A stretch of DNA of 63,582 nucleotides, filler included, from Sphacelaria rigidula (lineage: Eukaryota), in the NCBI GenBank assembly GCA_964200075.2. It is 7 parts of 7 records of this genome, joined end to end, with 100 filler letters (N's around TTAATTAATTAA, not from the genome) between each part and the next. Parts side by side here need not be neighbours in the genome. Positions count along the whole stretch, not along the records: positions 54,587 to 63,582 come from CAXNAA020009564.1; 6 more parts are not named here. One strand, 5' to 3'. Numbering within the stretch: the first letter of the stretch is position 1; each line of letters begins with the position of its first letter. Shown piece after piece: positions 54,641 through 63,582 of this stretch. A program made the translations under genes and the position numbers. The notes under the pieces are model-generated. The model ran no database searches. It had not been told where the DNA came from and worked only from the letters and a program-made list of their open reading frames with translations.

Positions 54641-57600
54641 TAGATTTACGACATTTGACGAACGATACATATTCTCTCGAGGACGCAGACCTGGTAGCGA
54701 TTGTAGTGATCGGCTGCCTTTGACTTTGTCGTATCACCCCCCCCGGCCGACCCCCAGGAAAGAGACACTAGACTGTCGGAGCACGACGGTCAACGTGGAC
54801 GATCGGCTCGACAAAAGAGAATGTATACATGAAGACATATGTACACCCAAATCCTGAGGGTGCGGTATATCAGCCCAGTTGACACACACAAGACAAAAAT
54901 AAAACCATGTTCGACGTGGTTCGCAATGGCGAAGACCAGACGAGGTGTATGATACACCTGTGGCAAGAGCATATGCCGCTATAACTAGTATATACGGACG
55001 GAACAACAAAAGACGGGACGATAGTCTTGCCAAAGACACACAAAAGCATACTGACAACAACCGGTAGCAATCACGGCGCTACTACTCTTTTACTGTACGG
55101 GTAGCATCGAAGGCTGACGAGCCCTCTGACAAGGTGACTGCTCGGTATGACTCTATCATTTCCCGATACTGGCGAAATTCTCTATGATGCTTCCAAACTT
55201 GCATAGCTGGTGGATGACCTTTCAACAAACGGTGGTATTGGAAATTGGTCGACGACGCGCTGCAAACTCCGTGCTTGTGACCGTCGATGCCTTCGATCGT
55301 ACAGGGACCCAGCTTGACAGCATTGAGGGATCCTTCGAGGTCGTGGACTAGCAACTTTGTACCTAAAAACAAGTCATCGAGAGCTGAGAGATCAGGGACG
55401 GACGAATCGAGGGGCGGGTGGCATTTTTTCAAGCTTCCGAGATGAACAGTGGTTTGAGACATCTCACCATCTTTACTGACACGGTAGAGAACGGGAGACA
55501 ACTGAGCACAGACATTGTAAGGACCACGCCATGGGTTCACGAGCTTGGGGTTTGGTCCATAAGTTGTAGTGTACGAGCGGTGGAGCAGGACTTGCTCTCC
55601 GATTTTAAATTGGAGAAATGACAGCTCAGCATTGATGGATGCTTGTGAATCAACTCGCTCTTCAACACTACGTCGGGCTAACTACGAGTTGTATCCGCTC
55701 GACGGTCTGTCTAGTTACTCCAACGAAGACTGTGGAGCCGATGTCGATGGGAAACCGAGGATGACATCTACTGGTAACACTGCAGGGCGGCCGAACATAA
55801 GAAAATGTGGCGTTTTCTGCAGCGTAGTAGAGGCAGTAGTATGCGTGACTTGTACGAAGGGCAAAAAATCAGCCCAACTGCGACACGCAATACCACTCTA
55901 TAAACACGCCCAAGGAGAGAGTTGCCTTGGGGACGGTAGGCAGACGTACGAGCTTTCTTGTGCCCAAAGTCGGTTTGAAGCTCCTTGACAAGTTGGTTTT
56001 CAAATTCATTTCCCTGGTCGGAATGTAAATTTTCTGGTGGACCAAAGATGGCAATGACACGTGTGACTAGCTGGCGGGAGCGATATCATTCAGATTGTGA
56101 GCTTAAACCTCGAAATCACGGGGTGACGGTGAATGATACGGTTAATCGTCGTAGACATTCCGACCAACTTCCGTAAGGCGAGGTTTGGTGACAACATAAT
56201 CGCCGTTAGTATCGCCAAACAAACGTGACAACGCATCGAGTACGACATTCAATTTACCCGGGACATGCTTTACTGTAAAATCAAAGCTTTGAAGTTGAAT
56301 CCACCGACGGGTCAGCATGTTACTGGTGTCCTGCATCTGATAGAGATGGCAGAGCGCTTGATGATCCGTGTAGACCGTAAAATGTCTACCCCACAGGTAT
56401 GGACGAAAATACATGAGCGTGGAGACTACGCCGCAACATTATTCGTTCGTAGGGCTATAGTAACGCTGAGACTTGGGACAGCGTCTACTGAACTACGCAG
56501 TGGTACTGACATCATTGAGGTACCTGGAGTTTGAGGTGGTGTTACCGAGAAAACTACCCAGAGCTACCTCTGAGGCGTCTGTGTGTACTTCAAACTCTTT
56601 TGTGAACTCCGGAAATTTCAAGACTGGTGCAGTGGTCAACACACGCTTGATGAGGTCGAAAGCTGCAGACTGTTCAGGATCTCAAGCTTTCAAAACGTTA
56701 TGTTTCTCTTCACNNNNNNNNNNCTTCACGATCTTTTTGCGTGAGAGCGACGAGGGGACTGGTCATTTCGGCGTAATCTGTGATGAAACGCCTGACAAAA
56801 TTAACTGTACCTTAGACTGACCAAAGTTGTTTGGTTGACTTAGGGGGCTCGAGATCGCAGATGGCTTTAATGCGGTCTTCACCGATAGAGACACCTTCGG
56901 CAGTAGTGACGTGACCTAGATACGTGACTTCCTTGGTACCGAACTGAATTTTGGACGGTTTGAGGGCCAGACCTGCTGCTTGGAATGCAGAAAACATGAG
57001 GCGAAGGGACTTGAGATGTACGTCAAATGTGTTACTGATGCACCAAATATCAATAATGTCACACAGTATACCAGAGTCTGGACCCAGATGTTTAAAGACA
57101 AAAGGCACCATGCGTTGATACAACCAAGGGGCAGACATGACACCAAACGGCATGCGTAAAAACACGTCTTTACCGGACGGGTTAGTGAAAGCTGCCTTCT
57201 CTACATCCTCAGCTGCAACAGGAAGTTGACAAAAAGCCGACATGACGTCCGCGACCGTGATGAAACGAGCACTGCCGACGGCGTCCAAACACGTATCGAT
57301 ATTGGACAAGGGACAAGATCTACGGATTAGATACTTTTTGAGAGAGTTACGATAATCAACTCAGAATCTCGATGAGCCATCCTTTTTTGCGACGATACAT
57401 GACGGAGAACCCCAAGCGCTAGGGCGCTCTTCAATGATTCTCCATTCGAGCATATCCTGGACACCTTTCTCGATGGCTTCGGCTGTACGGGGATTGGAAC
57501 GGTAGGGTGGTTTGTCGACTGGAAGAGTATTTTCGGGAAGGGAAAAAGTGGCTTCCGCCATGGTGCAAGTACCAAGCTCATGCATAAACGATGAAAACAC

Positions 57601-59987
57601 TGGCCGAAATTTGGCACACATATCACGAACACAGTTATGCTGTTCAACTGTGAAGGGAGTATCATTGAAAGCAGAAGATAGGGGGTCTTGGAGATCATCC
57701 TTACCTTTATGCAACTCGACGGGAGTGGACGAAGTTTTGGCTTCTGCATTTACGTGCAGTTGAGCAGGATCGACTACAGTGACGGTGTACAGGGTACGAG
57801 CTGGATCAGCTGAAAAACGGCTAAAAGTTGCTCACACCACAACTTCCCCAGTTTCCCGAGTGAACCCGATGTAAGCATATCACTGTGAAGTGCAGACCAA
57901 CCTAGTAACACACGGCACCACCGCTGGATGAAGAAAACAAATGAAAAACAAATGTACTGAATAATGTATTACCTTAACGACGGACGAAAAAAGGAGAATC
58001 TGTCGGGATTTTAACTCATTACCTCCATAATTGGAGTTTCCCATCACGAAAAATGTTGCACGCACGGCCCAATTCGACAGCTCTTGAGCTGAAATTTTTA
58101 GGAAGACCTTCTGTACCCAAGGGAATTATACATCACGTGAGCAGCTGTAGACTCTCATCTTTTTCCTGGACTCATGCCATTATCTTGGTTTTGCTGAAAC
58201 TTCAAATCCCCATGACTTCTTTTTTCTTTTTTCTTTGCTGCTCACGTGATCTTTTGCATTTTGATCATTAAAAGGTTATGTGAAAAATTCAGCATTCAAC
58301 TCCTCATATCGCGCCGTGTTTCGCGTGAGCGAGAAACCCACTCATTGTCGGCTGGCCCAGCTCGTGACAAGAACCAAGCCTATGGGTAACGACACGGCTT
58401 CAGACTATGTGTTTGCGACTTGGACTACTAGAGAACCATCTACTACTGACCAGTGGGACAAGGTACGTGCAACTATCAACGACTCGAAGACGACGGAACG
58501 GTCTACTCTAAAAATTTCATCTGCTGTGACTAAACGAGGTTCAATAACGACGGTACAGTCACGGATGGGACGACAGTCTGTAAACGCTAGAAGAAGTGCC
58601 TTGTGAAGAGGCCCGACAGTAACACGTTCTAACAAGGCGACAGATACTTGTGGAGCATCGACATATACTGCTCCTACAGTAGACTGTGGCCTGCTTGAAG
58701 GTGAGACAGGGTCTTGACTACGGTGTACTGCGAGAATAGTTTGATATCCCGTTGAAAAGGACAAAGTCCGGCTTGACTAGTCCAGTGTGGCACCGAATTT
58801 TGACATGCAGTTGTTGTCAAGACGTAAAGTATCAGCACCTAACGAAGAAACACCAAGTGCTTCGACGCGACGGGGGACGTGACCAAGGGCTGATGAAAAC
58901 GCCACAAACCCAAGAACATTGATCGGCGAACAGTTCGCTGCGCGGAGCGGAATGGCTGCCGGGGGTACGGGCGACACCGGCAATTTCTGCAGCATGGGGT
59001 GTGACTTTGACCATGCGGCTGAACAGATTGAACAAACAGCTGCGGTGTCTACGGTAATATCGTTGACTTGAACTAGACCAACCGATCCTGAGATGGGAAC
59101 GCTTCTCGAGGAAAAATCAAGTAATAACGGTCCACGCTGTGTACTCAGCGAGGAGGTGTACCATAGTTTGTGCGTATCATTTTTACTGACTGGATCGGGC
59201 GCGGACGGCGAACGATCGAGGGTGTCATGCACGGGCGTGACGGACGGAGCGGAGCGACAGTACCAGTTTTTTTTACTTTTCCCGAGGTGGACGAGACGAA
59301 AAAGCTGGTATGACTGTAGCGACGGATGATACATGAGACGAGGATGCGACAGAGTGACGTGGATTTTCGGTAAGATTGATTAAAGCACAGAAGCCGACTA
59401 TCGGGGCAACTGCACCGTGACACGAATCGGACAAATAAACACACTGACGTTATACACACGAAAGACGCGATTTACGTCGCCGGACATCCCTACTAGCTAC
59501 CAATTTGCTACAAGGGAGGGTAATCCCTACCAGGGATGACGGCCCCCTGGCTGAGCCCCTTCAGTCGCTGTCGGCGTTCGCGTCGGAAGAAGGAGGAGTC
59601 GCTGCCGCGGGCGCCGGTGCTGGCGCCGCCTGTACAGCCGCCCTCACCTTTGGCTTGCCTGCTGACTTGTTGGCCTTCGCTTGTTTGCCCGTCTTCGTAT
59701 TCTTGTGTGGGAAAGTCACGTGGGTAGCAGCCTTTTTCCGAGCGTGTATTTTTTCAAGCAGCAGTGTGTACGCGCGGAGGTCCTCGATGGCGAGACGGTC
59801 GAGACAGTCATCATAGTAATGAGTGTGCAGGCGGGTGCACCCACGGTAGGAGCACAACCTAGGGTGAGCGAGTGGGTCTGGGGACGGCGATTTACGTTTA
59901 CGATCGAATTTGTTTTTTCGTTTCCCACGGGGTGTGTTGAGGGGCGAAAAGGTGGTTGACGAAACGGTGTGGCCGGATGTATTGCCC
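54641..59987 (-). mobile_element. Gypsy element D (gag knuckle-PR-RT-RH-IN-chromodomain-like), decayed, with two nested insertions
   Basis: CSYRGCTRLHTHYYDDC knuckle; VDTAAVCSI protease; SAWGSPSCIVAKKDGSSRF and LRMPFGVMSAP RT; VHTDASE and FTVYTDHQAL RNase H; HSDQGNEF and WRGPY integrase; IEGIDGH...FQY...KGHP...W chromodomain-like. A G8 PPT (54737-54744) is followed by TG at 54736. Confidence 0.9.
57797..58364. mobile_element. Tc1/mariner-like MITE inserted in the pol of gypsy D
   Basis: TA|CGAGCTGGATCAGCTGA ... TCGGCTGGCCCAGCTCG|TG. The interior is AT-rich and pol-like translation resumes on both sides. Confidence 0.65.
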
Positions 59988-60246
59988 TGTGACGCCAGCC
60001 AGTGGAAGCACTGTTGGATCACTGCTGTTGAGGGGCTCCCCAGTCTTACTGGCCTCAGTTTCAGTTGTCAGCCTTTGCAACATTCTCATTATATAGGAGT
60101 GACCTTCCAAGGCCCCAGCTTTCTAGACACGCAAATACCATCTCCGTGTCCCCGGTCATGATCCAGAACTCTCCAGAATCCCCGTGCCCCCAGTCATTAT
60201 CCATATCATCACTACCAACTCAACGTAACGGCGTATTTTCGTCACA
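59988..60246 (-). repeat. 3' LTR of gypsy element E
   Basis: TGTGACG...CGTCACA with adjacent PPT, homologous to 47951-48217. Confidence 0.9.
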
Positions 60247-62931
60247 GCACCCCCAAAGCGCGTTGGATGAAAATCGATCAACAAGCTTGACACATAGAAA
60301 ACGCCAAAACGACGAGTACGTCACAATTGGATACCAAACTCACTCGTAATGCGAGCAGCAACTCTTTTGTAAATCATTCCGGAGCGGCCTCAAAAATACC
60401 CTTGAAAGGCTCCCACGTACTCTCCTCAACTTCGAAACCAACCCAGTCGACCAACACGATCAACGAACGATCGTCTGCTTCTGCCACTCGGGCAATACCG
60501 GCCATCTGAAATTGCTCCCGATTAAAAGCATGCTGGAACACGTCCTTAACGTCAACCGTAACAATAAGCTGCGAGTCTGCATAAAAACGCAAATGAGCTA
60601 CGTAGGCGGTCTGAACTCGACCCGAAACAATGTTCTGAATCTCAAACACGTGCGGGTGGCAAGCACCAACCACTCTCCACGGACCAGTCCACGTCGCCAT
60701 CAACTTGGGCGTAACACCCGGACGACGACATAGTCACCTGCCTCAAAATTCGGCAATTCCAGCCCCGACGAGGACCCCTCACGTCTACGTACACGTTCAG
60801 CGGCAATACGTTCCTGCACTTGAACGTGGCAAATTTCTTGCAAGTCCAAGACTCCTTGCAATTCACTCTTAATTTGAACATCATCCAAAACACCTCACGT
60901 CCATTCCCTCGCCGACGAAAACGCCAGCACCGAGAAAGACGTCCGAGGAGCACAACCAAATATCACGTGGTACGGCGTACTATCGTAACGACGATGATAC
61001 GCTGTATTAAGCGCCCATTGCTCCGCCGGCAACACGTGCACCCACTCGGAAACCGCTCTACGCCGCTCGAAAAGAATGGAGCGAAGAGCACGAACTACTT
61101 CCTTGACCATGCGTTCGCACGTGCCGTTAAATCACGGAGAACACGCTACCGCATACTGGTGATCAATGCGCAAAGCCTCTCGCTATCAGACCAAGATCGC
61201 ATTCTTGCAGTGCGGGGCGATATCTATCACTCATCAACACACGCGGCACTCCCAAATGTTTGCACCAATTCAGCAAAGATGCAGCCACCGATTCAGCAGT
61301 ATACAGTGCTACTGGTTCTAGAACCACAAAGTTGCTCAAATCATCCATGATTACCAAAATGTATCAAAACCCAGTATCCTCCGACAAACCTTGGGAAGCT
61401 AGCGGACTACTCTCGCCCACGTGCAAGAAGTCAAAATGAACGACTTCATCCTGCGTTGTCCCATGGACCGTTTCGCCGAGTGGACGGGGAACAACATCGC
61501 TCGCCCTCGAGTCAGCACAGTGAAGGCACTGGCGGACGAATTCGCGCACATGAGTTTCTATCCCCTACCAGACACAAAACTCTTGCAAGGGCAAGAGCGT
61601 CGCAGCCACACCACGGTGGCCGGCGTCGCGCATGTGCGCGCAAATCATCAGACATACCTGCCACTGCTTGTCAGAACTCTCAATCCACAAAACATTTCGG
61701 CCACGCACGTGCACACGAAACAGACCTTCATTGCCCAAGAAAACAGTACCAACGTCCGACTCGAAATATTTCACGTCCGCATCTTCGGCCGCAAGGTCTT
61801 TTCGTTGCGCTTGGCGGACAACATATTTGGACGGCATCGAGTCATCAGGTTCACACGGACCATACACAGCCACAGCGCGCACAGGCATTTGAATTTCAAC
61901 TGTAGGCACCTGCATGACCAAACTACTCCAATGGTACTCAGATACAAACGGAAACATTAACACCTGACAATCAGGACGACGATGAAAAAGCGTCACGGCA
62001 TGAGCCACCAGATCCTTCGCTGCCGCACACTCCTGCAGCCTGCCCTCCGTCCATGATGCAGCCTTCTTCGCAAACGCCATATCCAGACTGGACCACCCCA
62101 CCTGCCTATTCCGTAACACCAACCCAAGCGCCAACAGAGCCGCCATGCACAACGCCAACAAACTCGACTTGACTGGATCGTACCGCCACGGCTTCGTCTT
62201 CACCGCGGATGCCCCAGGTTTCCGCTTAATACGCATAGGCTCCGCGCGCGCAGGGGGATCCCCCGCAGCGCACGACGAAACGCGTCGACGCGACGATGCA
62301 AGATGCCGCATAGGCGTTCCGCTTTGGGGACGCTGAGGCCTTTCGCCACAGCATCCGTCACGCTTTCCTCCAGCGCGACCTCCCGAGCGGACTCCTCTTC
62401 CGCCAGGTCCATGAACATATTCGGGTCGCGCTCTACTAAGCGTTCCACCGCCGCATCCCGCTCCTCAGTCACCTGTCCCCCAGCCTTCTGAAAAGCATCC
62501 ACCGACAAGCTCACGCGACGAGTGCCCAAAACGGCGGGCGTCTTCACATGCGGACCAGGCGGAGACAACCGCGTCTTGCTGGAGTCGATGGAGTCCTTCA
62601 ACCGCTCGTACGGGTCGACTCCTAAATCCTGTAGCATCGGCAGCCCCAGAAGAACAACGCCATCCGACCCTGGCATAATCGCAAACGAGATCGGAGGCAA
62701 CAGTGCCAGCCCCCAAGTCTTGAAGGCTAGCTGCAACGGAACAGTATGCTCCTTGACTGAAACATGCTAACCCGACGCGGTGACAACCTGCCGCGCCCCG
62801 AGCGAAAACGGGATGCGCAGCGGCACACCCGGGAGTTGATGCTCCAGCATATCAACCATCTGCACCGGCAGACTAGTGAAATGGGCGCCAGACTCCAACA
62901 CAGGCCGAACTACATGCTGACGTCGCTGCCC

Positions 62932-62934
<3 letters not shown>

Positions 62935-62989
<55 letters not shown>

Positions 62990-63030
62990 TGCTGCTGCTG
63001 CTGCTGCTCCTGCTGCTGCTGCTGCTGCTG
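62935..63030. repeat. (CTG)32 microsatellite with two CTC interruptions inside the gag region of element E
   Basis: Direct count: 96 bp. Confidence 0.95.
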
Positions 63031-63582
63031 AGGACTCGCTGCGCCCCCCCACCCCCGGAGGATCCGCCGCCGCCACCACGATTACCTCGTCTTTTGCCCT
63101 TGTGCTGACGATGCTGATGGCGCGCGGCATGAGACTGCCCAGACTCTCCACCGGAAGACGCTGGGCAATCGCGCGCATAATGGCCGACCTAGTCATCACA
63201 GTGACAAATGCCCGCCGCATGCCCAGCATGCATTCTGATCGCCGCAACCGATTGCGGCGGGGTGATTGGGATATTTTTATGCTCCAAATGAGCAAACACT
63301 CTCTGCACATAACTTGGCACTTGTTGAGTCATTGGCACCACCTGATGCCGCAGAGCACCCCCTGCGTTAACGTGCTTCACACGCTTCTTGTACTGAAAGT
63401 ACTTCGTAATAAAAGTGCGAGATGCACTCTCTGAGTACCTATCTTCGTATTGGGGAGGTCGCAACTCTTCCCGCGTTGTAATGCGTGAGAGGACCGCGTG
63501 CTTCGAGGACCGCGCCGTAGTTCAAAATACCTCAGGGTCAACGTTTTTCAAACCCAACCGGGTCAGTCCCTGCAGGTACCAC

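Larger units (their letters stand above)
59988..63582 (-). mobile_element. Gypsy element E (same family as B), inserted in the gag of D
   Basis: Chromodomain QFQMAGIARV...VLVDWVGFEVEESTWEP; integrase HMRDAGHRG, CLHC, VVHFDFL; protease region VVLLGLPMLQDLG; gag. Most of RT is deleted at about 62060. Runs to the window end. Confidence 0.9.

Noticed and set aside
62764..63108. Poly-Leu membrane or signal peptide ORF
   Set aside because: It is the translation of the CTG microsatellite on the non-coding strand.

Overview
This is eukaryotic, intron-containing, transposon-rich DNA. It is most likely from a brown alga (Phaeophyceae); that is inferred from Ectocarpus-like LINE/Gypsy peptides, long TE-filled introns and GC-AG donors. 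It is not one locus. Seven unplaced contigs of 8999, 8998, 8998, 8997, 8997, 8997 and 8996 bp (size-sorted) are joined by artificial N44-TTAATTAATTAA-N44 linkers, so neighbourhood across linkers means nothing. Host genes are partial: one exon of mitochondrial-type EF-Tu (+), the last four exons of a GH36 raffinose-synthase/Sip1-family gene (-, with a homology-supported GC-AG intron and a ~35-aa loop insertion), and three exons of a CSDE1/UNR-like cold-shock-domain plus SUZ-C protein (+). The rest is mostly mobile DNA: a decayed full-length Ty1/copia with a half-tRNA-Met-type PBS, five decayed Ty3/gypsy copies (four with chromodomain-like ends, two nested inside other gypsies), a LINE 3' fragment, a tRNA-derived SINE family, and many MITEs (Stowaway-like, other TA-flanked Tc1/mariner-like, GAG..CTC Sola-like with 4-bp TSDs, foldback elements, and one carrying a 42-bp array with an 84-bp higher-order pattern). 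I found no CRISPR array, rRNA, intact tRNA or multi-gene novel system. The most interesting items are the TE families and the splice/protein oddities listed in the findings. All alignments and translations were done by eye.
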